Part shown: positions 40,460 to 55,341 of the stretch, piece by piece
Layout of the letters: every line of letters starts with the position of its first letter
Position numbering within the stretch: the stretch's first letter is position 1
Origin: Octopus sinensis
Lineage: Eukaryota
Assembly: GCF_006345805.1 (NCBI RefSeq)
Contig: NC_043010.1
Location: 8,928,001-8,992,000 of the forward strand
DNA: 64,000 nt
Direction: 5' to 3'
Position numbers and translations under genes: made by a program
The notes under the pieces: model-generated
Databases searched by the model: none
What the model was told of the DNA's origin: nothing
What the model saw: only the letters and a program-made list of their open reading frames with translations

Positions 40460-42003
40460 TGAAGGTTTGTCTCTTAAGCACAAAATATTGTTGATGGTTT
40501 TTACCAGGATTTCTGAGGTGGAGAACTACCACTTTGGTTACTCTCTTCTATCTGAAACCAGAGCCACCAGAAATACTTTCTCAGAATATGAGCCAATGTA
40601 AGAGTCTCTAAGTGGTTTATTTATGAGTTAGAAATGGCACCAAAATTTGTCTCAAGTTCACACCATCTTCCTAAAAGGTCATATGGAAATAATGCAGTTT
40701 GGAATATGCTACAATGGAAACAAAGAAGATGGAATGGTCATTGTTAAAATGCCTTTCAATTAGGAACTACCTAGGATTAAACAATGAGAACATTTCTGAG
40801 TATGATTTCCATATAGATATCAAATTGTAGCAGTGGAAGCTAAACATTAACCACTCACACAACCTCCACAATGTGGAAGGATCTCCAAGGGTTATAGGAA
40901 CCCCCCACTTTGCTACTGTAAAAGGTTTTGGAGAGATGAAATGCAAAGTATATATTATCACATAATTCTTTGGATGTGATATAGAGCATTAGAATGACAT
41001 CAGTATATGACTGGTATTTTGTTCATGATACCATTCCAACCGTAGGTGGTTGACAGGCAAATTTAATTTGGCAGGATTTGAACTAAAAAATAGAAAGCTA
41101 AAACTAATTATCAAAGCCCTGAGAGTGAATTTGGTAGATGGAAGCTGAAAGAAATCCGTCATATATATATGAGTGTATGTTTTAGGGTCTGTGTATGTTT
41201 TAGGGTCTGTGCTTGTCCCCCACCACTGCTTGACAACCGGTGTTGGTGTTCCTGTAACTTAGCAGTTCAGCAAAAGACACTAACTGAATAAGTACCAGGC
41301 TTTACAAAAAAATAATAAGTACAGGGGTCAACAAGTTTGACTAAAAATTCTTCAAGGCAGTGCCCCAGCATGGCCACACTCTAATGAGTGAAACAAGTAA
41401 AAAATAAAAGATAAAGATAAAGGAAGTGGGTTGCAGCAAATTTTTAAAGAGCTGAAGAATTAAAGAATTAAAGAACACAAGAATTAAAGAATTAGAAAAC
41501 TATAAGATATATTTAGTCCACTGTTCAGTCTACCATTTCTGTCTCTTCAGAACACTAGTTGTAACAAAATAATGATTTCTTAATTAACTACAAAGCCTCA
41601 TATCTAAAATAGATACATAAATTTAAAGAAGACTGAGTGATATTCATGCCTTTCTCAACAAAGCTATTTGTAATATAACATAATAAATGAAATGATGTGA
41701 ATCTGGTGTGAAGAATTGGTTTGCCAGAAGGAAGTTTACTTACCGTCTTTCTAGTCTATTCCGCACTCAAAGAGTAATGAAATTACTCTTTGGAAATATT
41801 CTGATAGATTAGAAAGACATATACATACACACGTACGTACATACATACATACATACATACATACATACATGCATGTATGTGTGTCTGTATATATATATAT
41901 GCACATATATACATCATATATATATAAATACATGTGTGTGTGTCTACATGAGTATATGTACATATATGTGTGTATATAAGTATATATAAATATATATAAA
42001 AAC

Positions 42004-42034
<31 letters not shown>

Positions 42035-42090
42035 AATAAATAAATATATATATACATACATATGTGTGTATCTGTATAAATATATGAATT

Positions 42091-42127
<37 letters not shown>

Positions 42128-42877
42128 ATGTATGTACAAGCATATATGTGTGTGAGTGTGAGTCTGTATGCTCGTGTGTGTTTGTGTGTGTGTGTATATT
42201 AAACTAATGGATACAAAATTGGAATTGGGTACAGTGAGCAACATTAGGAAAACCAACTCTATAACAAAATATTTAATCATAAGCAAAACATAAGCAAAAC
42301 AAACAACATATAAGCAAACAAATTTTCATAAAAGTACATAAACAGTAGAAACAAAAACCAAAAAAAAACCCCACATTACATTAAAAATAAAAGTAACATA
42401 AAAATTGGCCTCTGGCTTGCAGGTAACAAGACTTAGCTACAATAATGCATCTAAAATTGCAAAACTGGTAAATAAGTTAAAAACACAGGTAAATAAGGCA
42501 ATAGCGAAATCTATAAATGTCCCCAAAAATTATTCAATTCTATCAGATATTACTGACAAAACTACACAACCAGAGTGAGTTGCTTAGAGGCAAGAATATA
42601 CACTCAATATATATAACATGGTTATTTTATTAAATTATTCACGCAAAATAACTAAATTTCAAATTTCTAACCTAAATGTGTACACAATTCAGCAGTTGTG
42701 ATAGATCTGAGGTGAGTAATATTGTGGCAGTTGTTTGATTTCATATATATATGTGTGTGTGTGTGTATGTGTGTGTGTGTTTGTGTGTGCATGCATGCAT
42801 GTGTATATCAAATATATTTGTATTGCAACCATTTATTGATATTATTATCATCATTATTATTATTATCATTATTATTA

Positions 42878-42932
<55 letters not shown>

Positions 42933-43037
42933 GGCATAGAATTCCTAAATATGGGGAACGTGCATACAAACATATTCATCAATAAAGTACGTGTGAGTGA
43001 ACACATATATAAGCACCTATGTGTATGTGTTTAAATA

Positions 43038-43090
<53 letters not shown>

Positions 43091-43151
43091 GTATATATAT
43101 GCATATATGTGTAAATGCATATTTGTATGTGTGTATATATATAAAAATATA

Positions 43152-43183
<32 letters not shown>

Positions 43184-43211
43184 AATATGTATGTCTATGC
43201 ATGTATGTGTA

Positions 43212-43262
<51 letters not shown>

Positions 43263-43715
43263 TTCATTATTATATATATATATATAAAAAGAGAAAGAGA
43301 GAGAAAATGATAGGGGAGAGAGAATTGAGAAGAGAAACAGACACATATACTTCAACCTAAACTCTCGTATACTGTGTGTGTATGTCTATGTGTGTCTGTG
43401 AACAGTGTACTTTTGGGTGAAGATATGAATAGATGTATGTGCATATGAATACTTGTGTACTTGACTATTTGTACAATGATGCAGATATGGAGCATATTCG
43501 TATTAAATATAAATATTGTCATAAATATGTCTATATGTAGGTGTATTTATATATATATTTATATACATGAATATAAATAAGTGATTATTCTTGCTTATGT
43601 AGATAGGATATATCACAGATTATGCGTATGTACAGGTATTTGTCAGAGTATAGATTCATATACATATACATGCATACTTATATATATGTATGTATGTATA
43701 TATATATATATGCAT

Positions 43716-43819
<104 letters not shown>

Positions 43820-44869
43820 CACACATATATATATCCATATATATTATATATGTATTTATATACATACATGTACATATGTATATATACACAAATAAATTTG
43901 TCTTTGTATTTATATATTTCACTGTCCTTTTCTCTCTCTGTGTGTTAATACATATATATATATGTGTGTGTGTGTATATATATATGTATATATACTTGTA
44001 TATATAATGTATATTATATACATTATTCATATATCTACATATACACACAAATGATTGGGTAGGCAATGTTAGAAAAGACAGAAAAAGTAATACCAAATGA
44101 GATAGAATGATATATATATAGTGATAGATAAACAAGTAGATAAACCGTAGAGAAAGACAGATTATAAGGATAGCATTTGTGTGTGGGAGCATGTGTGTTC
44201 ATATGTGTGTGAGTATGTGCACAAACATATATGTATGTGTGTATGTGCATTGTCTGCGCTCAGGTTGACTTCTTTGTGTGTAATTCATAAGTTCTTATAA
44301 TGGAGTGTAACAGCAGCAGAATGGAACAAACACAGCCTACCTTTTCAGGATTTTAGCTTGACATAATAATAGATTCTCACCAATTCTCTTCCATTCTTAC
44401 AAATGGTCTTTGCACTTGTAGATAGTTACCATGTGAGCATAAGGCAAGGAATGGCTCATTAGCTACGACGAAATGGGATTGTCTAGAAGTATTTGAACAA
44501 ATTCCACTCTAATGTTAGCATGGAAATAAAACACGAGGGAAAAATTTGATTAAATGAGAAAATGGTTGACTGGATACATTATTAAACTAATATCACCAGA
44601 GCTCGTAAGTTCGCATCTGATGGCAAATATTTTGTTGTGTCTCTGGGCAACACGCTGAGTTCTGCATGACTCATTCCTTTAACCATTGAACAGAACTTAC
44701 TAGTTTCCCAAAGAAATTCATCTATTATACTTTAGCTTCTGATATAGAAGGAAATTTGTCTCTCATCTAATGCTGCAGAGACTGAGGATTAGCTCTGATT
44801 TTATGAAACTTTATCTGAGAAGAAGAAGGGAATAAATGGCTGAATTGAAAAAGTATTGACAAAACAGCT

Positions 44870-45340
44870 CGAGAATTGGTGGTTCAAATGCATTTTTCAT
44901 TGCACATAACAATACGATGCAAAAATGGTTCGCTTTTATGCTGTGACAGCAAAGAAAGAACAGTAAGTTTCAAGACAACATGTCATTTGAAGCTCGTTCT
45001 GTTCGTGTGGTGCCCACTTGTCCAGCTTCTTTACTTTGCCAATTTGTTTCTGATGGTCCAATACAGTTGGAATCAAAACATCAAACTTTGCTGCTAACTC
45101 ACACATAGTTTGAGATGTATCCACTTCCACTACAGTTTCCAGCTCTTCATTATCCACCTTGGTCTCAGGTCTACCACGGGGCTGATTTTCAAGAGTAAAG
45201 TCACCAGACTGGAACTTCTCAAACCATCGATGCACAGTGAGCCCATTTGCCACATCTTCATCAAACACCTCACTGATGTTTTGAGCTGTCTGAGGATGCA
45301 TCGGTTCCACGGCGTAACTCATATTCATAAATGACACTAA
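44870..45340 (-). pseudogene. Mariner transposase N-terminal HTH fragment (Mos1/Hsmar-like)
   Basis: ORF 44936-45337: TVHRWFEKFQSGDFTLENQPRGRP...KKLDKWAPHE (WVPHEL-like motif), then frameshifted. Confidence 0.85.
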
Positions 45341-45584
45341 TTTTTTTATCTATTCATGGGTTCACAAAAAATTGATTTACAAGAGAAAACACAATGTAAT
45401 CAGACACCATGAATTGCATATTCAAAAGTGATGATATAACTGCTTCAATGTTATAAAACAAAGAATTATCAGGATGACACATTAGAGTTATCGACTGTCA
45501 AACTTGCTTTATAAGAAAATTGGACATTCCATTCTTAATGAGAAATATTCTATATGAGAGATATTGGTATCCAGAAGACCCAAG

Positions 45585-45836
45585 GTGGAAGGTTAGAGAG
45601 TCCAGTTTGCTGGACATTGTTGTAGAGCTGAAAAAGAGGTAATTTCTACTCTTCTCCTCTGGAAGCCATCTACTCGCGGTACCAGAGGGCGCACACTCTC
45701 CTACCCTGATGTAATCTCCAGGGATACAGGCATCCAGCAACAGGACCTCCGTAATGCCATGATGGACCGTGAAGTCTGGCGTAGCATGGTAAATTCCATT
45801 GTCTCGACCACGGTCAAGACAACGATGATGATGATG
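45585..45836 (+). mobile_element. 3' end of an RTE-clade LINE with (GAT)n tail
   Basis: Translates as RVQFAGHCCRAEKEVISTLLLWKPSTRGTRGRTLSYPDVISRDTG...MMDREVWRSMV, followed by gatgatgatg. Confidence 0.75.
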
Positions 45837-45940
45837 GAAGGTAAGGCTATGTAAGTTCTATAGAAGGACTGCAGTTAACCTCTCAGTTCAATAATAATAC
45901 GAGTGAGGAGTCTAATGTGGGTCGTGTATGAGCCTGCATA

Positions 45941-46200
45941 TGTTAAATAAAATGAGGCAACAAAGCCAAGGCTGTGTGGAATTTTCAGGACATTTATGTA
46001 TGTATGTGTGTATATGTACGCATGTGTATATAACTCCTTATATTGAACTCTACTGTTTCCCTCTATGTAACCATTTCACGTCGCCTCCAGTGAAGGGATA
46101 TTCCTAATATCCCTGAAACAGCTGTAGGACTAATTTTCTTTTTATAAATGTCCTGAAAATTTCACACAGCCCCAGCTTTGTTGTCGCTTTTTATTTAACA
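45941..46200. mobile_element. PLE-like relic: 57-bp inverted repeats around a degenerate hammerhead-like motif
   Basis: Inverted repeats at 45941-45997 and 46144-46200. Motif at 46087-46130: CCAGTGA AGGGATATT cct AATATCCCT GAAA CAGCTG TA GGAC. Related to the 57.4-kb motif and its downstream flank. Confidence 0.55.
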
Positions 46201-46280
46201 CACACATACACACATGCACATGCACACGTGCACACACACACATAAACACACACATATATATATATATGCATATATATATA

Positions 46281-46564
46281 CTAGCAGTATCGCCTGGCGT
46301 TGCTCGGGTTTGTAAGGGAAATAACTATATAAGCATTTTTAGAGAGTTACTTCCCTTATATAAACCGAGCAAAAAATGCATTAAAAAAACGAAAAAATTA
46401 TGGTAATTTTTTTTAAATCATAGACTCATTGTAGACGCGCGCTAATACCCAGAAGGGCTCGATATGAATCACGACTATAAGATACCCTCTTTTGGTTAAA
46501 CTACACTGCAAAATGTGGGAGTAGTTAGGAATCTAAATCAGAGACAGACTCTCACACAACTTCA

Positions 46565-46570
<6 letters not shown>
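46281..46570 (+). mobile_element. Helentron/DINE-1-like non-autonomous element
   Basis: Starts ACTAGCAGTATCGCCTGGCGTTGCTCGGG (subterminal hairpin), ends gacagac...tttt(AT)n, inserted in (TA)n. Confidence 0.55.
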
Positions 46571-46603
<33 letters not shown>

Positions 46604-47145
46604 GTAGTAGTCTATACTATAATGGAGAAAGCTGCTTATTAGTTAGCTATGTAACAATTACTAAAAGTACTAAAAGAAAGCAATTATTAAAGGGTTGACC
46701 GTCTGGAAATATTTTTATAAATTCATGTTCTAAGAAATTTCTCAAAATTTCAATTTATCAAGTTTATTCAAATTTTTTAACTCACAAATTTCTCACAAAT
46801 TTAAATATTCATTGCATTCACTGTGTATAATTCTTCACAGATTTAAATATTCATTGCATTCACTGCGGAGTATTCCATTTTCATTTGCAAAGTCTCACAC
46901 TTTCTCTTTTAAGATTCCATTCACTATTTAGAAAACCAATAGTTGATTCTATTAATGTATACATAATGTAGAAACACTATTTATTGAGTGGAATTTTTTT
47001 TAAATACCTGTATAATTTTTGAATGCAGGATAGCTGTGAGGAGACTCTCAAAAGTTGGGTAATTACTACTAGAAGATGAGGATAAGAAAACAGGTACCAA
47101 CAATTACTCCAAAATTGCACCTTATTTATGGTTTCCAAACATTCT

Positions 47146-47384
47146 ATACCTATTTCTTTACTGCCCACAAGGGGCTACACACAGAGAGGACAAACAAGGA
47201 CAGACAAACGGATTAAGTCGATTATATCGACATCAAGTCCGTAACTGGTACTTAATTTATCAACCCCGAAAGGATGAAAGGCAAAGTCGACCTCGGCGGA
47301 ATTTGAACTCAGAACGTAATGGCAGACAAAATACGGCTACGCATTTCGCCCGGTGTGCTAACATTACTGCCAGCTCGCCGCCTT
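47146..47384 (-). mobile_element. SINE family B with 18-bp TSD
   Basis: TSD ttccaaacattctatacc at 47133-47150 and 47383-47400. Confidence 0.9.
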
Positions 47385-48113
47385 CCAAACATTCTATACC
47401 ACTAAACCAATGTATACACAAACAAGTTGCATGAGCAACTTCAATAGTGATACCCGCACACACACACACCAATACACACTTGTGCACACACATAGAGACG
47501 CATACATACAAATGAAAGGCAATGAATGTGTGTGTGTGTGTGTGCTCATTGACATAACTTCGTGCTGCATCACTTTTGTGAAGTTTTGTCAGTGAACAGG
47601 ACATGGTTTCAAAGCAACAAAAATATTTTGACTCAAATGGAATTTTAATGTTCTTTTCTACTCTAAGCACAAGGCCTGAAATTTTGGGGGAGGAGCTAGG
47701 TTATTAGATCGACCCCAGTACACAACTGGTACTTAATTTGTCGACCCTGAAAGGATAAAAGGCAAAGTCGATCTTGGCGGGTGAAATTTTAATGTTGAAG
47801 TGAATCTGGTGATACTTAAATACAGAGGTCCCTTAATGATACTGCTTAAATACTGGTGTAATGTACAAAACATTTGAAATGTACGCTGTGTGAACGTGTA
47901 ATGAAACCATAGCCTTAACTAACTCTAAAATACTAATCCTCCCCTTCATATTGTTATGTCAATGCATCTGTATTTAGGCAGTGTCATGAAACTAACACTG
48001 CAAAACTTACAGATGGGCAGCTGAACTGAAATCTCTATGTTGCTATGAGGGGAAAGTAAAACTTGAGAAACTGCTTCTCCCTCTGTTGTTGGACTACTGT
48101 GATGTTTGTTTAA

Positions 48114-48333
48114 CCCTTTCGTTACTGTATTTATTTTGAGATGCTCTGTGTTTCTTTCATTTACTTTAAATATAACAAAGTATTTAGGAAAATAACTTGG
48201 TTATCATTCAGCTAGTGTTAGGAACATTAACTGTGACATAGGTTTGGTGGTAGATTTCAATTCAAAACTTATGGAAACAAGACATTTATACTCAGAGCCA
48301 AAGCTGGTTTCAGCCGGGTTGGTAACGAAAGGG
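48114..48333. mobile_element. piggyBac-type MITE (same family, opposite orientation to 35183)
   Basis: TTAA + CCCTTTCGTTAC ... GTAACGAAAGGG + TTAA. The internal sequence is a diverged reverse complement of the 35.2-kb copy. Confidence 0.85.
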
Positions 48334-50353
48334 TTAAAAAAGATTATGACTGTGATAAAATAATGAAAGCAATATTTACTAAGCAAGTGAGCACTACTAT
48401 ACAAAGAAATATTTAGATGTAATATAAAAATTTTAGTATTGGGAATCACATGTGAAAATGTTATCAAGAGGCTAGCAGCAAACCACCCAGAGGGCAATCT
48501 TTCTGCTAGTAATAATAATTGATGAAGGAAATTGAAGATAGATTTGGTAGTAGTCTTTATTTAGTATGATGATTGTTTCAGTCCCTCTCCTTTATGGGTG
48601 GGATGTTGTGCATCCAATTGCACTGCATTGATCAATGTAGTCTGGGTCACATCAAGTACATGAATACATAAAGTGGTGTCCTACTAAATATATTGAGTTC
48701 TCATATATATACATATACATATACATATATATATATCTGAAACAGCTGTAAGAAGTGATTTTAATGATTTCAATAATTTATATTATGATTTTTATAATTT
48801 GTATTCTTATCTTATATGTATTGAATTATAAGATATATATGTAAGCTATTAAGGTCCTCATTTTGTTAAATGAATAAATAATTCAACATTTTAATATCCG
48901 AAAGTTGACGAACAAACTAAATTTGTTTCTCTATTTTCTTATTTGTATTATATATATATATGCATATATATAAATACTGTATGACTTACCTGTGACCTAT
49001 TGATTGTGAGTAGACTATGATAGATTTGAACAGTGTAGAAACCCACACTCTGTGTGTGTATGTGTGTGTGTATGTGTGTTTGTGTGCGTGTATGTGCATG
49101 TGCTTATGTGTGAGTGTTTGTGTGTGTGGATGTATTGCTAATGTATTTCACTGAAGGATATAAACATCAACTGAAAATCAAAACACTGTTACTGCATGAG
49201 CAAATTACCTTGAGAAGTGTTTATTCTGCATAAAATTAGACATTTCTTTGTCCCTGTTACCATCAGAAATGCAATGAACCAGTGATTATCTCATTGGGAA
49301 GCTTTAACCAATGACATTCTTGTTCACAAATTGCAATAGAAAATTAATAAAAATAACATACATGCAATGAGAGAAGTTTGCTAATGTATGAAATATTGGA
49401 GCTTTTTGCATAAAGCAAATTGCTCTTCAAAGCTTTTGTATTTTCTGGCTCTGAAAAGTTAAACAGGAAATTCAGATATTCTTGACTATGAAAACATTGT
49501 TTGGTTGCTGCGAAAGGATTAACTGAAGGTTATGTTATATGTTAACACGTACAACATTAGTGGTTAATGCTATGGATGTTGTTCCATTCTTGTTGTTTTT
49601 GAGAGCAGTAGCACATTCTATAAGGTAGATCTGAAGTAGTAATGTGGGTGGTAACATTGCTGGTGTAATGAGCCCAGAAATTTTAACTAATTAAAATTAC
49701 AAATGAAGTGAAAAATAAAACAGAATCCATTATTTCGGTGTTTAATTCTGGTCAAGAAACAGGGGAGACAACTTCAAAATTTAGATTAAATGAGATTAAT
49801 CTAAAAAAGCCAATGTCATATGCAATGAGACTAAGGTGGTGTGCTGGAAGAAATGTTAACACACCAGGTGAAATGCTTAGCAGTATTTTATCTGTCTTTA
49901 CGTTCTGAGTTCAAACTCGACGGAGGTCAAGTTTACCTTTCATCCTTTTGGGGTCGATAAATAAGTCCCAGTTGTATACTGGGGTCGATCTAATCGATTG
50001 GCCCCCTTCCCCATAAATTTCGGGCCTTGTGCCTAGAGTAGAAAAGAATTTGGAGTGAGTCTTTTTTTGCTTTTTATCAGCCTGGTGACAACTTCAAATA
50101 TGTTTTGGTCTTATCATATACCTCACCAGTGAAGTATATTAACTGTTACTAGTAGATCTTACGCTAGAAGTCTCAAAAGCTTTATGAACTCAATTTTATT
50201 TTAAGAAGATTGATATCATAATAGATTACATGTGAATATCTTCTAGAATTAGTGAAAACTGTGCAACACATACATAGTAAAATAACGACTGAATAAATTC
50301 TGTATCACAGAACATATATTTAGATTGTGAAAGTAGTTTCAAAGCAATGCCAA

Positions 50354-50384
<31 letters not shown>

Positions 50385-51080
50385 TTCTTTTAAAATAAGT
50401 TAAAAGTTATAAACCTAGAGAGAATATACATGTCTCACAACAAAAGAATCATGACTTCAAACTAATTAAGACTCATTCAATGTCAGAACAGTCAGACACC
50501 ATTACAAAAGAAGAACAACAATAAATCTAAACTTCAACTCATCCTGCCAAATCTACATTCGATATTTAATTGACATATGCTTTGCCATTTTCACGGATTA
50601 TTCTATATCTCATTTAAGATGAAGTAATTGGACAGTGCAAGATGAGAGGACTTCTATATTATGGAGATACCTGCACATGATAGGAATACAGAAGATTTAT
50701 ATTTTCTCCCATCGATGTACCAGATTATTTGGTCGTTGTTGGGCATCGACTAAAATAATACAATTACTTCGTAGTTGGCAACGATACAACATGCTGAACT
50801 GGCAAACGGAAAGGAGAAGGAAGCAAGCTTGATCCAAACCTGATGTCTTAAAGAGTCCTTTGCTTCTTACTCCTAGATCTAAACTTCCATAATGTTCAGA
50901 AAACAGTAAAAGTATTTTAGAATAAAGCTAAATATTTACTGTTATAATTAAATAATTTATTCAAATGGTCTACAGTAAGCTACATAAATTTTCTCAGACA
51001 TTTATGGCTACATAAATTTTCTCAGACATTTATCGCTAAAGAATTTCTTCCAGATAACGAAAAATAAGAAACCAAAAGGC

Positions 51081-51498
51081 TCTTTTACTCTTTTACCCTT
51101 TTATGTGCTTCAGTCATTTGACAGTGGCCATACTGGAGCACCGCCTTTAGTCGAGCAAATCGACCTCAGGACTTATTCTTTGTAAGCCTAGTACTTATTC
51201 TATCAGTCTCTTTTGCCGAACTGCTAAGTTACGGGGACATAAACACACCAGCATCGGTTGTCAAGCGATGCAGGGGGGATAAACACAGACACAGAAATAT
51301 ATACACACACACCACACATACATATATATATACATATATACGATGGGCTTCTTTCAGTTTCCGTCTACCAAATCCACTCACAAGGCTTTGGTCGGCCCGG
51401 GGCTATAGTAGAAGACACTTGCCCAAAATGCCATGCTGTGGGACTGAGCCCAGAACCATGTGGTTTGTAAGCAAGCTACTTACCACACAGCCACTCCT
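51081..51498 (-). mobile_element. SINE family A
   Basis: Full-length copy. Confidence 0.9.
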
Positions 51499-51621
51499 CT
51501 GTAAATTTAAACATGGAGTCTAATTACACTGAACATACAGGTGCAATGCTGACAGATATTTCTTCATAAATCAAACCATATTAGCTCTCCAGTAAATCAA
51601 TTGTTTCATATGCATAAATAT

Positions 51622-51855
51622 ATATTTCTTTACTGCCCGCAAGGGGCTAAACATAGAGGGGACAAACAAGGACAGACAAAGGGATTAAGTCGATTACATC
51701 GACCCCAGTGCGAAACTGGTGCTTTATTTATCGACCTCGAAAGAATGAGAGGCAAAGTCGACCTTGGCGGAATTTGAACCTCACAACGTAACGACAGACG
51801 AAATACCGTTAAGCATTTCGCCCGACACGCTAACGTTTCTGCCAGCTCACCGCCT
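51622..51855 (-). mobile_element. SINE family B with 15-bp TSD
   Basis: TSD catatgcataaatat at 51607-51621 and 51856-51870. Confidence 0.9.
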
Positions 51856-52543
51856 CATATGCATAAATATAGGTGCAGTTTGCTTCTCATCAACATAGTT
51901 CCAAGTTCAGTCTCAAAGCGTGACACCTTAGGTAGTTGTCTTCTACTGTAGCCTTGGGCTGACTAAAGCCTCATGAGTGGATTCAGCAGATGAAAACTGA
52001 AAGAAGCCTGCCATATATGCATATATGTTATCATGCATTTATACCTCCATAAGTTGGTGGTTAGGCAGAAGGGATTGATAGAATACATACCAGACTGAAA
52101 AAGGAAAATAAGTACTAGGATTATTTCATTTGACTAAAATTCTTTGAGGTAGTGCTCCAGTATGGCTGTAGTCTAATCATTGAAGCAAGCAAAAGATAAA
52201 ATGTAAAAGATAAAATGTAAAAGATAAAAGATATATGTATGTGAGTGTACATTATATATATATATTAATCTTTATGAGGAAGAGGCTGATGGTGTCTTCA
52301 AATTTTCACTGTCATCAGACTGTCTGGTGACAGCAAGCAAGTCAAAAACTTCAAAGTCACTGTTAACTTTTCCGTTGCAAAATTTGATAAATAGGAAATG
52401 TATTAAAAAGTATTGAATAATAACTTCAGTTTAATGTTAAATCATTGTTGTATATAATTTACGTAAAACAAACATGGATGCATATTTATACATATATACA
52501 CACACACATACATCAAACATACAAACATACATACATACATATA

Positions 52544-52601
<58 letters not shown>

Positions 52602-53202
52602 GTATGTATATTTATATATATAGTCACACATACACACACACACATATACATGCACACATGTATTCAATTCAAAAGCTATCTAAGGCAGGGAAGATGTATA
52701 TGTGTGTAGTTGCAACTGCAAACCAGCAGAGCGTTCAGCCGAATTCCAGAGGTTGTTGGTTCAACTCCCCAATGGCTCCATTTAATAACTTTGTACTTCT
52801 TCTAAGATCTTTGTTTATATATACTTTGAGCTTGATAGAGTAAAATAGGCATTAATATACATTTATAAACACAAACAAACTCGCTTTCCTTCTCTTCATC
52901 TCATACATGCATGCACTTATATTCATATAAACACATTCATACTGGTTTTTCCCCCAAATACGTAAATGTGTGAATTTGTGTATGTGGGTATAAATGTATA
53001 TGTATTTATATATTTAAATATACATTTATACTGATTTATAAATGCGTGTATGTGTGTGTGTATACATACACACACATACATATATATATATATATTATAT
53101 ATATATTATATATATATATAGATACATAACTATATATATATAAATATATTTATTTATATATAATATGTATACATATATATATACATTCATGTGTATGCAT
53201 AT

Positions 53203-53249
<47 letters not shown>

Positions 53250-53317
53250 ATATATATATATATATTATAATATATATATATATATATATATATTTGTGTA
53301 TATATATATATAATATT

Positions 53318-53377
<60 letters not shown>

Positions 53378-54203
53378 CATATATATATATATATATTATA
53401 TATATATATATGTATATATATCTACATGCATGTAGGCATGTATGTATTTAAAGAGAAAGATAGTATGCTTACACACATGCATGCATGATTCAAGTGCACT
53501 GATGCACACACTGTTTTAATGCATTTTAATATATATCTATTACATTAGAAAGGCTCCAAAAGATGAAACATCAGTCAGGAACAAAAAAAAAAAGAGAAAA
53601 GAAACAAAAAAAAACAAGCAAAACGCAAAGCAGAATAGAATAAAGAAGGCAAAGGGAGGGGGGAGGGGTGGGTGGCTGGAGGAAGATAAAAAGAAGATGA
53701 AGAGGGAAACATTCAGCAAGATGTAATAAGATATGATATGCTGTGTGTCTGTGTGTCTGAAACAAAACAAACAGTGCAAAATGAAACAAAGAAAACAAAA
53801 ACTTGAGTGAGGAATTAAAACCAAATGAAAAAAAAAATACAAAAATATAAGAAAATAAAAATTTTCCTGTGCCGCCGCCCAACCTTTCAAGGAAATTGGT
53901 AAGTCTATCACAGAGTTGATGGTATGATCTTTGACAGAGAGGCCGTGATAGGTTGCAAACAAATGAAGACAGTAAAACTAATGATCATCACTAATGCCCA
54001 TGGTGCCAAAACTTCTCTTTGCTAAATAAATTTACGTATGATTGATGTTCTGCTCTGGCAGTAACACTTGATATTAAGTCGCCCAGAGAGCATATATCGA
54101 ACCAGAAAACAAATTCCTTCATCTCGTTCTATCTCTCTTTCCCTTTCTCTCTCTCCCTCCCCTCCTTTCTCTCTCTCTCTCTCTCTCTCTTAAACTTCTT
54201 GTA

Positions 54204-54245
<42 letters not shown>

Positions 54246-54397
54246 TGTATGTGAGGATGCATATATGTGTGAGCTTGTGTAAGTGTGCATAAGTGAGTGT
54301 TTCTGATATAGGTAACTATATATATGTATATACCTATCTCTCCTGTTCTCTCTCTCATATATATATATATAATATATATATATATATATACACACAC

Positions 54398-54439
<42 letters not shown>

Positions 54440-54584
54440 TATATGTATATATATACGATATATATATATATATATATAGATATATATATATATATATATC
54501 AATAGATACATACATATATATATATGTATTATATACATATATATATATATATCCTATATATATATATTTAGCATACATAAATAC

Positions 54585-54615
<31 letters not shown>

Positions 54616-54965
54616 GAACATATATGTGTGTGTATATGTAAGAACACATATCCACATGCATGCATACACATTCACAAAAGTATAAAAATGTTAAATGTTG
54701 ACACTATTACAATTTCTTTAAACATAACTAAAGTGATAGAAGATTACAAATTCATTTCGAAGATATTCCATCTCCCCACTCTGTTCTCCTTTCGCAAACC
54801 AGATCGAAATATTCCTTGTGAATTTTTCATCAAGAAATTTGGAAAATTAGTTTGAATAAAATGAGAAAGCTATCAAGTAAGTCTATATTTGACATATGTT
54901 TGTACATGGTGTACGTAGTTGTGTGTAAATATATTCATTAAAAAAAACCATATATGCACATATAT

Positions 54966-55341
54966 AGGCGTAGGAGTGGCTGTGTGGTAAGTAGCTTGCT
55001 TACCAACCACATTGTTCCGGGTTCAGTCCCACTGCGTAGCACCTTGGGCAAGTGTCTTCTACTATAGCTTCGGGCCGACTAAAGCCTTGTGAGTGGATTT
55101 GGTAGACGGAAACTGAAAGAAGCCTGTCGTATATACGTTTGTGTGTCTGTGTTTGTCCCCCTAGCATTGCTTGACAACCGATGCTGGTGTGTTTACGTCA
55201 CTTAGCGGTTTGGCAAAAGGGACCGATAGAATAAGTACTGGGCTTACAAGGAATAAGTCCCGGGGTCGATTTGCTTGACTAAAGGCGTTGCTCCAGCATG
55301 GCCGCAGTCAAATGACTGAAACAAGTAAAAGAATAAAGAGT
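54966..55341 (+). mobile_element. SINE family A
   Basis: aggcgtaggagtggctgtgtggtaagtagc...gggttcagtcccac... ending aagtaaaagaataaagag. Confidence 0.9.

Noticed and set aside
40500-40960. Possible BEL/Pao LTR retrotransposon remnant (EDGMVIVKMPF, PHFATVK)
   Set aside because: Only two weak motifs in broken frames; insufficient without a search.
46611-46980. Possible Helitron 5' end (tctatactataat...)
   Set aside because: No matching 3' hairpin/CTRR end identified.
52290-52330. Minus-strand CTGATGA cagt GAAA
   Set aside because: No stem II and no UH triplet with stem III pairing; chance match. The short overlapping frame (NGKVNSDFEV...SSS*) also lacks a good acceptor.
53900-54030. Hydrophobic minus-strand frame QREVLAPWALVMIISFTVFICLQ... 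after tttatttag
   Set aside because: Short, no recognisable family, and equally plausible frames exist on the other strand.
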